Origin: Octopus vulgaris | Lineage: Eukaryota | NCBI GenBank assembly: GCA_951406725.2 | Contig: OX597838.1 | Location: forward strand, 25,978,001 to 26,042,000 | Length of the DNA stretch: 64,000 bases | Direction: 5' to 3' | Shown: positions 28,317 to 42,436 of the stretch, piece by piece | Numbering within the stretch: position 1 is the first letter of the stretch | Layout of the letters: every line of letters starts with the position of its first letter | Made by a program: the position numbers and the translations under genes | Notes under the pieces: model-generated | The model's input: the letters and a program-made list of their open reading frames with translations, nothing else | What the model was told of the DNA's origin: nothing | Database searches by the model: none

Positions 28317-29602
28317 AATGATGTGCACACACGTATATACTCACAATTATGACAGACCTTTGAGACAAAAATGAAATTTATAACAGGGCCAGACTTTTGC
28401 TAAACACTTCGTTGGATGAATAACGATAGCATAATACAAATGAAAATATATGCACGTTGATCCCTCGCTTTATAAGTTGAACCTTAACCATATGTTTTAT
28501 ATAACGAAGGCTGATTGATTATCTAGGACATATTTTTAAAAAATGCGCCTTAAACAAAACCGTCAAATCCGGAATTTTACATAAGTGTTTATAAATCCGA
28601 ATGCGAGAGACGTGCTTCGACACTCTTTCCACGCAATGTAGTTGCGAGGACAAATGTAGGTATTGGACTACTAATATAGATTATAAATTCAAAATCTGCT
28701 AGCCATCTCGGATCTTCTATCATATCATCACCAGAGATAAACTGGTGTCCCAGCTAGTGAAGGAGGTGAGGAGAGAAGGCTATATATGACATTCAAGCCG
28801 GTTATCTGTATGTGTATTTTTATGAACACACTTTAAATAAATCCTCGCCTCAAATACTGTTTAGTCCCGTGTTCGAAGGTGATCGAGTCAAAATCATCCA
28901 GTCGTTGTGCATTGTCATTCAGGACATTATTCGACCTGTCCTCTGAACTGAGATTGAATAGCCACGTAAGGCTTCCTCGGCTCCAAGTCGGCCCTGATCA
29001 AAGACATTCTCACCGAGTGATTCCATCTCTCTCCTCAATAATAATAATAGAGCAGGTGAATATAAGGTGTGCTTGATTGCTATGTATGTGTATGAGATAG
29101 CTGGCCGGTACAGCCGAGCCCATAGCAAATTTGCATCGTGAAAAGAAATTGAGTAAGAAGACCCAAAAGCCTGACTTAATTATTCAGGTGATCAACGTGA
29201 TCACCTGAATAATTAACCAAAATAAGAGTCTTAAACAGGCTCGTGGGAAAATGGGGGACGGGGGAGGAGGAGGCATGAACAGAGGGTAAGAAATAGAAAG
29301 GGTAGTGGCTAATTGAGGGAGGAGGGAAGGGGAAAGAAAGAATAAGAGATATGACTGGTGGAGAGGGGGAACCAGAGGTTGAAGGGAGAAAGGGAGGTTA
29401 TGGACGACGGAAGTGCGGACTTGTTTTAGTGTGGGAAACCTAAATGCCGTCATATATAAACTTCCACTGTTGTGTGTGTAGATGCATGTCTAAACACGCT
29501 TGTATATGCACGCAAGCAAACATTCTTTTGGACATCTAGACAATGTGTGTGTGTGTGTGTGTGGGCCTGTACTTATGCTACCTAAGAATATGAGAAGTAT
29601 GG

Positions 29603-29640
<38 letters not shown>

Positions 29641-29820
29641 TCATTTCAAACGAGCAACAAGGCGAGATCTATCTGTCTCACTCCTCATTATATATCATAT
29701 ATAAAATCTACACACATACACGTACATACAAAAGTATCAAGTTCCTCCTCAGAAAGAGAGAAAGAAAAGAAAAAAATGTAGGTGAAAAGAATTGTTCCCC
29801 AAGTGCGTAACCACTCCCCC

Positions 29821-29870
<50 letters not shown>

Positions 29871-30257
29871 ACTGAACCTTTTAAGGGCATTGCATCATAA
29901 ACAGCCTGTGCTTCTTAAAACAACGGGACTAGAAAGAGATAGATAATGGTACAGTAAAAACAAATAGAATCCTTTAAGAGGAGATTGATGAAAGCGTAGA
30001 ATAAAGGGCATAAATTATACGTAAGCGACACAATCGACTATATACACGCACGCACGCACATACACACAAACCATAGAGTGCTGAAAGGAAATCTTCATTG
30101 GCAGGTAAAGTTTATTTATATACACGAAAATGAGCCAGACAGCTAGACTGACGGCAGCAACAATTATGAAACACCAGCCGCAGATGTCAGATGCGGATAG
30201 CTAGGCAAGCAGAGAGGTCGTTATTTACCCTCCAAGTTACGGGCAGCTTAGTATATA

Positions 30258-30492
30258 TATTTCTTTACTGCCCACAAGGGGCTAAACATAGAGGGGACAA
30301 ACAAGGACAGACGAAGGGATTGAGTCGATTATATCGCCCCCCAGTGCGAAACTGGTACTTTATTTATCGACCCCGAAAGGATGAAAGGCAAAGTTGACCT
30401 CGGCGGAATTTGAACTTAGAACGTAACGACAGACGAAATACCGCTAAGCATTTCGCCCGGCGCGCTAACGTGTCTGCCAGCTCGCCGCCATG
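30258..30492 (-). mobile_element. Young tRNA-derived SINE (family with ctttgcctttcatcctttcggggtcgataaa central domain)
   Basis: Head ggcggcgagctggcaga, B box agttcaaattcc, CpGs intact; 17-bp TSD gggcagcttagtatata at 30241-30257 and 30493-30509. Confidence 0.88.
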
Positions 30493-30742
30493 GGGCAGCT
30501 TAGTATATAACATACAGTGTTTATTGAAGATCAAACTGTGTATGAAGGACTAAAGTTTCCTAAGGCTCGTTCGTTCAGTTTCCGTCCACAAAATTCATTC
30601 GGAAAGCTTTGATCGGTTTGGGGTTATAGGTGCTGCGTAGTGGGGACTGAACTACAAACGGCGCGTTTGCATAGCGAGTTTTCCAACCATACAGTCATGC
30701 CTGTATTATATAAAAAAAATCTCTTTCTCACATACACACATA

Positions 30743-30992
30743 AGGGGGGTGCTGAAAGTTCCTGACTTTAAGAGTGTCGCGAAAGGCCAAGTTGGAGGCC
30801 CCAACCTTCCGCGATCTTTTACAGGACTTAGAAAAACTGAAGGACTTCTGCAATAAATTTAGGACTTAGAAAAACTGAAGGACTTCTGCAATAAATTTGT
30901 GAATCTAAGAAGGGGAATATGTTGAATAAAATCATAACTGGTCCTCCTGTATTTTCTTATAACCCAAAGCCAGCATATTTTCAGCACCCCTT
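30743..30992 (+). mobile_element. Mariner-derived MITE with internal 38-bp tandem duplication
   Basis: TIRs ggggtgctgaaagttcctgacttt / aaagccagcatattttcagcacccc. Remnant of the transposase C-terminus (GLEKLKD...GEYVE*). 30823-30860 is repeated at 30861-30898. Confidence 0.8.
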
Positions 30993-33867
30993 GCTATGTG
31001 TGTGTGTATACTTGTTAGGAATTCTTCAAAACAACACCTTCATCCTCAAACCATTTTCTCCCTTTTAACACCTTGATACTACATAAACCAATTATTCAAC
31101 GACTCTTGCTATTAGCTTTTATTTTACTTTTTCCAATATCCCCCTGTTCAATAACTCCCCCTTGATCTATATATCCATAGAATTCCTCTTTCATTAACCT
31201 TCCTAAATCCTATATCCGTATTTTATTTTAGCATCCATTTAACAAAGCACACATCGCATCTAGTTAAGCACAGCGTCTTTCTGGAAATTCTTCCATTTTA
31301 CTGTCTCACGCACGCACATACACACACAAACGAACACATGTCTCTACAACGTGACTAATGACGGCTGGTAAACAAACTTCGAAATCACTGTCAGCAATTT
31401 CCTGGCAAACATGAAGGTGTGTGCGCGTATATACACACACAAACAACCTCGTGAGACGTTTACAAAAGTATAATTACCAGGGTGGGGGGAGTGTTTATAT
31501 ATAATTAACCAACATTAAATGACGAAGTATATTTTAATAGCTGAGCCTCGACTTGGTAAACATTGCTAAATAATGTTATATTTTTTTGATGTTTTACATG
31601 GATTGCGGTCATGCTGGAGCACCTACAGTCTTGAAGTACCGAGTCGAACAAATTGAACCCCAGTATCTAATTTTTAAGCCTTGTACCACTTGGCCTATCG
31701 GTAAACGAACCGACACCAGTTGTCAAGCAGTGGGGGGGGGGGGACAAACACAAAGATACCTGCAAGAAATAGCAGCCAAAACTGACAAATCATACCCAGC
31801 CGTCTTAGTAAAGGACACTACATGTGCTTCTTGCTTCTATGAACATACGAATAGATAAAAAAAAAAAACGCGTATAACCAGGGATGGAATGCCTTTGGTT
31901 ATAGGTCTGCTCAATCATGGTTCATCTTAGGGTAAAAGAAAGAAAAAACACTCTGCAAGAGTATTCCATTTTGGAAAAACTGCAGACAATATACAGCGCT
32001 AACACGCTATCTTAAAGATATCATTTAAGATTTGAGTGTGTTGGCAAACGCACGTGAGCATATATATATAGATACTGTTATGTCTTCTGCTTGATGTTAC
32101 ATAGCTAGTCTCCATCCAAAAGGACTGCGAAAAGTGGCTTCCACCTCCAAAAAGATAATCAAAATTTATCAATGAAATTAAGAGAATCGTAATGAATAAT
32201 TATGGTAACACTAAGAGAAACAGAAGCTTTCAGTCAGAGTGAGCAAGTTTGTGTTTATGTTGTTATGCATACCTCTGTGTTCACATTTGGCAACAATATG
32301 CTTCAGAGGAAAGCAACAACAAATGATTTCATTGGTCGAAAAGCTTAAGATAAATCCGGTTTTGTTGAAAATACCACTGATATATATCACTATCTAAGTT
32401 TTGTTTCTGCACGTGCTGTACAATAAGGATAAAAGTACAAATGGACTGTGAAAAGTTGAGTGTGTGTGTGTGTGTAATTGAAAACCAAGAGGCGAATGGA
32501 GATTTATATACATCCAAAACTTTTTTTACTGAAAAGTTTTCCACGGCATAACAATGACCAACATGTGTTTCTACTGCAGCAACTGCACATTGTTCTGTAT
32601 GCAATTATGCATATATATATATATATATATAAATCCAAATTAAGAGAACGGAGCAGGACTCCTTAACAACAATGTAACCTTCATTTGACTAAGGTATCTT
32701 CGACCCGATGAGTAGCTAGCGGAGTTACCCCTGGTTGAGTAATTATTACTTCTTAGGATTTCCTAACTAGGAAACATACGTGGCCCGGATTTTACCTGCT
32801 CCAATCCCACAATTTTGATTTTTATTTGCATTCATAGCAACTCTGGTTGTTAACCATGAACTATAACTTTTTTCAGTTTACTAAATTTCGATATGGGAAA
32901 AAAAACCTATCACCTTCAGCATCAAACTATTATTGTTCCTGAAAGTTGTTTTTTTATACTACTGCAGACCCTCGAAGATTACTAACTTCCCACACCTAGA
33001 TCCTTGGATCTTAGAATTTATAAATATGTATGAAGACAGAACACCAAAGTGAGAGAGAGAGAGAGAAAGAAGGATGAGCAAGACAGGAGAAGCCATAATG
33101 TAAAGGCTTTTGCTGTGCTTTCATATATTCACTCTTCTTTCACTGGTTCACCCTGGTTATCTGTCACATCATTCACCTTCTTGAATGTTTCTCTCAAATA
33201 GATTGAGACAGGAGAGAATACTCTTTGGTCTTGCTGGAGACAAAGCAGCCTCTTCTGTGCTGGTGCCATGGATAAAGAAGCTCAGAGTATTAAGTGGTCT
33301 CTGACAAGCTATTAAATGAACCATCTTTTGCTGGATTCATTGTTTTAAATATATAAAACACACACACATGTAATTTGAACTTACATATTCAGTGACACTT
33401 CAAATCACAGTAGATAAAATTATTAATATCAGAACTTACAACTGCATTCTGAACACTAATTTTTAACCATTTTATAAATAAATATGTGTGTGTGAGGCTA
33501 TGCGGTTAAAAAGCTTGCTTCACAACATGGTTTTAATTTCAATTCCACTGGCAACTTGGGTGTGTGTAGTCGAAAACCTTGGGTTAATCAACACCTTGTT
33601 AGAGAAATTTCATTAATGGAAACTGTACTGAAGCCTGTCATGAGTATGTGTGCACACGTATCATTACACCAACACTTAGGTAGTTGCAATTTTTGTTGCT
33701 CATAGAAAACTGTCTGGCATCTTGTCATTGCAAATACACAGAATAAACTACCTTCCTTGAGGACAAGTGTTAGTGTCAGGAAGGGTACCCAGTTATTGAA
33801 TACTGCCTCAAGAAGTATCTTCATACCAGTAGAGACAAAGTGGATCTATGCTGACACAAACGCACAC

Positions 33868-33921
<54 letters not shown>

Positions 33922-36760
33922 CACTGTTCAATGATAGAAAAAAATCAACAAAAACAGTACTCCACCTTTCCAGCCCCCTTTATAATTTAAGGTCTAAGGA
34001 GGATAACTTTTACCTTTTTTTTTTTACTTTTTATATTTTAGGTTTTTACGTTTCTGTTCTTTAACTGTCTGTGTTTTCAATATGCTGCCTTCTCAATTTC
34101 TTCAAATTTCTTCTCATTCAATTTTTCTAGTCCGTTATATGTGGTTTGTACCTGATGAATATGTTGGAGATATTTCTCAACATATGAAACTATTAGCATA
34201 TATTTAAAGACATGTATCGTGTCCTTTTAAATAAATAATATACATATCTTATTTAATGTTCCTTTTCTCTCCACACTAGTATGAATTGGACAATTTGATA
34301 GGAACCAGCAAGCCAGAGGGCTGTGCAGAGCACCAATGTCTGCTTTGGCATGGTTTCTATCACTGGATACCCTTCTCAACACCAATCACCTTATAGCATG
34401 TACTTTTTCTTTTATTCATCACGCTAATTTTTCACAGCTCATTCTTGACATCCATCATGCTATTACCACCAACCATTTCTAGGACCCTCTATCACTTGCT
34501 CTTTCTCTTCACTAGCAACTATGTGGTTGCCGTTAGCGTCTCTCTCCCATTACCCTCTTGTTTCTTTTATTACACTCTTCCATTGCTCCAAGCATCATCT
34601 GTCTATCGCTTCTGGCACTTTCCTATTTCCCCTTGATTTTCTACAGTCACCCCAATTAATATCTCATCATACTCATACTCTTACTAATCCCCCTAGTTTA
34701 TCTTCTGCAACCACCACTTCTACTAATTCTGTAAGTCAATGTTAATTTGAACAACTTGGCAGTGTTGTCAGTGAGAACTTATTTTGTCTTGTGAGGTACA
34801 AAGCAACTTCACCGGTGCAGGTGCCACAATAAAAGTACTCCCTAGATACCTGGCTGACAATTGAGCAAACAACATAACTCTAGTACCAAGTGCCAAACAA
34901 AAGAGTGGTCAGTGTTAGGAAAGGCACCCAGCCATAGAAACCATATCAAAATAAAACATGAGGAAACAGTCCAACAACCCATCTAGAATAATGGTAAGTG
35001 AATAAGAACCGATTTGAATCAGAACTCCAACCCATGGCATCATGAAAAGTGAATATTTAATGTGTGTGTGTAGAGCACACCAGACCAGAGGAACCTTAGG
35101 AGATACAACAATACCAAAATTATGTTATATAATCGTCGTTTTTATATTCCCTGCTGGCATAGGGCGAATGAGACTTCTTGAAGTATTCTACAACCAGATG
35201 CCTTTTCTGCTGTCAATCCTTAGTGTTTTCAAGTTAAGGTACTTTATTCAACTTATCTTCATACGATAAACCACAACACAAATTGGTACTACAATTAGTA
35301 TACATTGGCTTTCATACAATTTCTAACCGGATTACTTTTCAAGACATTGAGGAAAGTTGCCTCAAAGCTCCACAATCCTAAGCTATGCAGTTGTAAAGTT
35401 TATTTTTTAATCGCATAACCATGCCTACATCATATTACATATGTGTGTAAGAGAGAGAGAATCTCAAGGTACAACCCACTGTGAGACATTTTGGGCAAAT
35501 GTCATTTCCTGTGACTTTGGCCTCGTAAGTGAACAGAAATTAAAAGGTTGTTAGGTGTATTCTACTAGTAACTCCAAGATATACTGTTGTCCCACTAATT
35601 TTTCCTGACAATTATGTTAAGGGTATATATATGTCTTGAATACACAGCCACCTAAGTTAATTCAGATTTAAATGAACAATTGTACCTCAACTTTCAAATG
35701 ATGGAGAACTATCACCACACACATTTTATATATGTGTGTGTATATATAAGGTGAACTAGCAGAGCTTTTAACATGCTGGACAAAAGGCATAGCAGTATTT
35801 CATTTGTGTTTATATTCTGAGGTCAACTTTGCCTTCCATCCTTTCGGGATCACTAAAATAAACACTAGTCAAGTACTGGGGGTCAATGTAATTTACTTTG
35901 CCCCCTTCACTAAAAAAACAAAACTGCTGGGTCTGTGCCAGAATTTCAAACCATGAGATTATGTGTTTTGCATGTGTGTATGTGTGTGAACTGGTGATTT
36001 CGAAATTTAAAAGAAAGACTAGTTTTGCAAATGACATCATCGGAAGAAACAAATATCTTCTTTCTGATGTATGTTATTGAAACTTCACCTTACATTATGG
36101 CTCGCTTAATTATTATTATTATTAATAATTTTTAAAAAATTTTTTAAAAAGAGGCAGAAGTCACTTGTTGCAGGGCCATGCCGCAGGATTGATCTTGGGA
36201 CTGTCGTAACACAGTGAGAGCATTCACTTTACCATTGAACTATCATCAACATCACTAGCTTGTGCTCTCAGCCATTCTCTCCTTCGGTGTGTCTTAGTAA
36301 TTAAAATATTGGCAATGAGCCACCAATATTCGAAGTGGTCGATTCTTATAAAGTAAATTGTCAATTCCACTGTATCAAAAGAGTACTCCTAGTACAGTGA
36401 TGCATATTTCTGTACATACGTGAGTGTGTATATGTATATATGTGTGTGTGTGCACAAACATTTATACAAACGTTTGTGTAGATGTTTGTATGCATACACT
36501 CATGTGCATGAATGTATGTACGCACACATATTTCCACATTTTATATAATTGAAATCTAAGAATTTAATCAAACTAAAATCACAGACATGCTACATATTTC
36601 TTTTATTTTTTTGCCAATTATGAGGAAATTAGTTGAGTAGGCATCTCCCTTTAATCACTGTAGAACAGGTTTAAAAGAAGGCCACTTCGCTCTATTGCAA
36701 ATAAGATTCAATAATCTTTTCATTTTTTTTAATTTTATTAATTTTCTTCAAAAATTTTAA

Positions 36761-37800
36761 TACAACAGACAGCCTAAAATTAAAGTACATTTCTCAACAG
36801 GATTTGATTGCTTTCAGAAATGGGAAAAAAAAAAAAAATTTCAGCTGAGATACAAGTACCACATGCAACTAAGTCCTTAGTTCTTGATCATGGAAAACAT
36901 CAAAAAGCATGTTTTCGTGAGACAAATGAAGCTAGAACTACATAGAAGATGCTCCAATGAGACAAATTTCTGATTCTGGAAGATTCCACTACAATGAAAA
37001 GCAGTTTAAGAAAGGGACAATATTGTGCAACGCAACAGCAACTTTTGCCAATAGCCCCCGGCAGTTGCTTTGAAGGGCAAAGCTTCTCAATCAGCATCTT
37101 ATGATAATAGCATATACCATTTATTCTCAGTCTTCTCTCCTGATGAGGAAAAACTGTCATTATTAGCATTGCTTTCTCTGCTGTCCATCAAGGAGTTTAT
37201 TTTTACCTGACAGGTATGCAGACATTTCTTGTCTATCAATACGCTGGCGTCTCATCTCCAGCGCAGACTGGCATATACATGTTTCACCGTCAGCGAGGAT
37301 TTCTTTTCCCTAAGAAGGCATCACCTCCATTGCTATAGTTAGGTACACGTCTGTATCAGATTTCATAACGAATCTCTCTTTGCAACTCCGCATGCCGTTT
37401 CGGGACCCACCTTGCGCAAAACTGTTCTAAAGCCAAGTCTATCTGATGGATGATTTAATGGGCAGAAACATTAACTAAATAACATTTGCCACTTCAATAG
37501 CCACCCACCTATTCAACAGAACCATCTCACAGATGGCGTTTGTCATCAGCATGAACATAGCCAAACTTCTGGTTTCCTCATAATATACAACATTTACACA
37601 AATATCAAAACTGCCAAACCCAAGCAGTAAAACACTACACTGCTCCCTACAAGTACCGAAGGCCTAAAATGGGCAGAAGTTTATGTTATACCTTCAGTGA
37701 ACAGAAAATAACTCACTAATCACTGTCCTTCTTTAGAGCAAACAAAATGGAGATGTTCCGTTTAATGTAACAACAAATTAACTGACATCTCAAGCTCACA
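36761..37800 (-). pseudogene. Heavily decayed mariner transposase relic
   Basis: Minus strand gives, with frameshifts, LGFRTV/CARWVPK (37418-37398), GDAFL..ILADGET (TGDETW-like) and PGLLAKVAVALHN (LHDNA-like) in mariner order. Boundaries are approximate. Confidence 0.7.
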
Positions 37801-38039
37801 GCTGCATCATAATCGTTCGAGATACAATTTCAAATGCAAAACAAACAAATCTCCCACCAAAAGCCAATTTTCTTTCCATGAAAATAGCACATTATGAATA
37901 AAGCTTCATCATAAATATACACACACACGTGTATGCATGAGCATATGCACACAAATCACACCTAGATAGGCATCAATATATATATACATAAATATATTTT
38001 TTTTTATAAATATACACCTGTGAATGTGTCTATAAGTTT

Positions 38040-38520
38040 GTATATATATGCATGTACATACATATACATGCATGTACATGTATGCATGCATGTACATATA
38101 TACATATGTACATGTATGTATATATATGCATGCATGTACATGTATGTATATATATGCATGCATGTACATATATACATGTATGTATATATATATGCATGCA
38201 TGTACATATATATATATGTACATGTATGTATATATATATGTACATGTATATATATATGCATGCATGCACATATATATATGTACATGTATGTATGTATGTA
38301 TGCATGCATGTATGTATGCATGTATGTACATGTATATATATGCATGCATGTACATATATATATATGCATGCATGTACATATATATATGTACATGTATGTA
38401 TATATATGCATGCATGTACGTATATATATGCATGCATGTACATATATATGCATGCATGTACATATATATGCATGCATGTACATATATGTACATGTATGTA
38501 TGTATATATATATGCACATT
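38040..38520. repeat. Alternating purine/pyrimidine compound satellite (TA/TGCA/TACA)
   Basis: Repeating tatatgcatgcatgtacata-type units; source of the six overlapping spurious ORFs. Confidence 0.95.
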
Positions 38521-39623
38521 TATATTCTTTTAGTCTTTCACTTGTGTCTGTCCTTTGACTGCAGCCATGCTGGAATACTGCCTCATATACACACACACAC
38601 ACATGTATTCACATATATAACTCCATATGTGTATATATGTATTCTAAGTGTGTATAGGTTAGTGTGTATGTGTGTGAATCTATATATATATATATATATA
38701 ACGTATGGATATATGTATATATACATGCATTTGTATATACATGTATACAAACTACCTGCATATACATAGACACACTATTCACAAAGTGTACTATAATGCT
38801 ACATTAAAAACTGCAATGGTCACATGTATGGGTGTGTGAAAGAGATTTCAAGCAAACAAAATGTAATCAGAAGTGTATGACCCTAATCAAATGAAACCAG
38901 CGATATGAAGTTAACTGGGTGCCACATCAAGCTAGATTAGGGGGTCTGTAACGCATCATAAAGATGCCCTAAATGAGAAATTTAATTATGATTTTGTCTA
39001 AGATATATTTTGTAGATCGAATCATCTACATGAAGGACCAAGATCTGTTTGCAGTAAGAAGGGCTGGTTCATATAAGTGAAGACAGAGGTTTTCACTTTT
39101 TTTCTCCCAACCTTGATAATTCACCTGCTTGCAGAAAGACACACAGACAATTATGTTGAACATTAACTCTGCAAGACGAAGTAAACTAGGTGTCGAAATT
39201 TCAAATAGGTAGACCCTTACACTGCAGATCCTAATTTCGTTTTTAAACAAAAAAACTTGCCCTAAAATAAAACTTATAATGTTTATGTGGATTCACTAAA
39301 ATATAACATTGTTCCTTAAGCAACCTCATGATGTACTTGTTAAATACTGTCTTGATATAAACACCATTATATATACATACATACATACATACATACATAC
39401 GTACATGTGTGGTTGTGCATAATTATTGAGGCTTTTTTTTCAACAAAAACAATAGCAATATTTAACACCTTTAAATGACGGTCTGACCGTCTGTCAAGCA
39501 AATGGAAAGCATTAATTGAAGTAGATGGTGAATATGCTCCGGAATAATCATTTATAGAGGTTTTTGTTACATGTTATTGTTGAATAAAATTTGGGGGAAA
39601 AAAAGCCGCAATAACTAGGCACC

Positions 39624-39663
<40 letters not shown>

Positions 39664-39904
39664 ACCCAAGCTAGCATGGAAAACGGATGTTAAACGATGA
39701 TGATATACACACACACACCACGTATGTGCGTGTATGTGTAGTGTAACTACATTCACAAACTTTATTCGTGCCATAGTTTTGTAACATCCATGTAAATCGT
39801 AGAAAGGTTTCTCACCTGTTTAAGAATATTGATTAAATGACAAGCGTTAACACAGCAATGCCTATAATATATATTTGTGATAATCGAATTCAGTCAAGGG
39901 AATA

Positions 39905-40550
39905 AATAACCATTCTTTCTGATATCGGCACAAGGCCTGAAATTTGGTGAAGGGGTCAAGTCGATTACATCGACCCCAGTGTTCAACTGGTACGTATTTT
40001 ATCGCCTGTGAAAGGATGAAAAGCAAACCCAACCAAGGCGGAATTTGAACTCAGAACGTAAAGACGGACGAAATACTAAGCATTCTGCGCGGCGTGCTAA
40101 CGATTAAGCCAATTCGCAGCCTCAATAATAATAATAATGCTTTCTACTATGGACACAAGGGCTGAAATCTTGGGGGAGGGAATAAGTCGATTATATCGAT
40201 CCCAGTACTCAACTGGTATTTATTTTATCGACCCCGAAAGGATGAAAGGCAAAGAAGACCTCGGCAGAATTTGAATTCAGATCGTAAAGACGGACGAAAT
40301 GTCGCTAAGCATTTTGCCCGGCGTGCTAACGATTCTGCCAGCTCGCCGCCTAATGAATAATTTCTGATTAAAGTACAAAACCAGAGGGTCGGTCGATACC
40401 ATCGATCCCCCAGCGCTTGATTGGTACTTTATCAAGCCTGAAAGGAAGAAAAGGTAAAGTCGACCTCCGCGGAATTTTAACTAGAATGTAATGAGCCGAA
40501 TGAAATACGACGAAGCATTTTGTCCGATGCTCTGAAGATTCTGCAAAGAA
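39905..40550 (-). mobile_element. Three tandem copies of the same SINE family
   Basis: Repeated gtcgattacatcgaccccagt..ttttatcgaccccgaaaggatgaaa..gaatttgaactcagaacgtaaagacggacgaaat units. Confidence 0.85.
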
Positions 40551-42400
40551 ATTAAGCGCAAGTTTATTAATTAACACCCGACAAAAATTATGTACATCTA
40601 CTTCATTTATTATTTAATCTGATGATTCGTTGATTAAAAGTATAGCATCTCAAAAGGATTCCGAGTTTTGGATCAACTTTAAACAGCAACTCTTGTACAA
40701 CATTAATAGGTAAAGCTTTTAGCGCCGAGCCCCTACGCAGGAAGCTGCTTTTCATACGGAGGGCAAACCCACCAGGGGTTAACCTAGGGGAGTCATATTA
40801 ACATATCCTCAGCAGGGCTATATTTAGCAGTATTGCAGACCCCACTCCCTACCCCGAGCAAATCAATACACTTGGCCCTATTAGTATTTGGGAGTAAGTC
40901 ACAACATACAGACAAGAATTGGGCCCCTAGACTCGTGAGACTCTAGAGCAACTTGCCCAGTATGCCCAAGCCTGCTCCTCAGTGAAACGTGGTTCACATT
41001 TGAGTATCGAACCCGGTCAGCGGACTTCTGACAGCTTCTACTAATATTTTAACTACTGGGTGACTGTCCGCAAGTACACTTAGTCACAAATACGAATGCA
41101 CCTTAAGTATCCATTGCATAAATATAGACACATTATTAGGTCATATTACAATAAAATAGAGATCGTTGGATAAAATTTTCAGCAACACAATCACCTGCAG
41201 TACCGCCTCCACTCCCCAAAGATTTTTAATTGAGTCACGACAATATATTTCCCAAATCAGTAAAAAAAAAAAAAAAAAAAACAACCTTAAGCCACCCTAA
41301 ATATTTCACATACTCTGTGTGTGTGATATGTAGATCAAATTTAAAGAGAAAAAAAATCGATTTAATGTGTGGGGACGACCTCATTATGATTTAGCGTTTA
41401 ATTAAGTCAAAAATTCCAACTAAAAATTAAGACTACGTACTCCAGAGTAAGTACCAAACCAACAGAGGGGTTGGGAATACTCTACAGGGACGTTTGACTT
41501 ACTAGAAAAAGCAACCAAATCTCCTTGAAATAATCTGATACATTATACACACACGCACATAGCTAGGCAGGAGACATTGGAATAAGCGTTTCTGATGCAG
41601 GCAAGGTGGCCACAGTTGGAAATCCTTTGGTCACAAGTCCTTTCGACAAGGACTGGTCGGCTTGGGGCTCCTAAACAACACATTCTTGATTCAAGAATGT
41701 GCGGCAAGCTCTTACGTGGCCGCTCTGTAAGAAACAGCAGTCAAATCTCCCTCAATTTCGCATCCTTTTTTTTTTTTCCAAGACAAAACACTGAACAGTT
41801 TTTGGAGACAGACAATCTTGTTTTGTCTTAAATCGTAATGATTTTTTTCCCCCGATATGAGACAAATTAAATTCGATAAAATTAAGATATATATATATAT
41901 ATATAAAAAAACAGGTTTTTATTCTTAAACTGTCTATCGTTTCAATATGATAAAATATGTTGAAACACTCAACACAACGAGAGTGAGGGAAGAAATAATG
42001 TGAAATTACATCAGATTTCTATCAGATGGCCCGATCTGATGCTGCGGTATGGCTTTAGAATTCGATGCCATAGCAGAGACATAAAATCGAAATTGGTAGA
42101 AAAATACATGAGAGGAAGTGGGGTGGGGGGGTAGAAGCAGAGAGATGAGGAGGAGGCTGAGAATAAAGGTGGGGGGGGGGGGGGGGGAGAGAGGTCCTCG
42201 ACAGAGAAAAAGATTTCATCCGATTCTGATGATAAAATGCTTTTAGCATGATGTTTGGTAAAGAAACAACACCTCAAAACATCTGTGCACATTTTATAAT
42301 ATATATACACACACACATACATACATACATACATACAGAGGGGAGACAGACGACTAGTCACAGAGACTGCCTCCGAACCAGAGGGAGATCTCTCTTCTCT

Positions 42401-42436
<36 letters not shown>

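Noticed and set aside
37139-37160. Other CTGATGA hammerhead-like cores (also ~2232, 23109, 40619, 42226)
   Set aside because: No stem II followed by GAAA.
37909-38769. Six overlapping 160-250 aa ORFs rich in M/Y/C/H/I
   Set aside because: Translations of a stop-free RY satellite in all frames; not protein coding.
39810-39830. AG|GTGAGA recursive splice point in intron 1
   Set aside because: Weak polypyrimidine tract; no other support.
40818-40827. MEF2 consensus CTATATTTAG (also 47110-47119 and 63226-63235)
   Set aside because: Plausible for a muscle gene but expected by chance in AT-rich DNA, and two of the three lie inside repeats.
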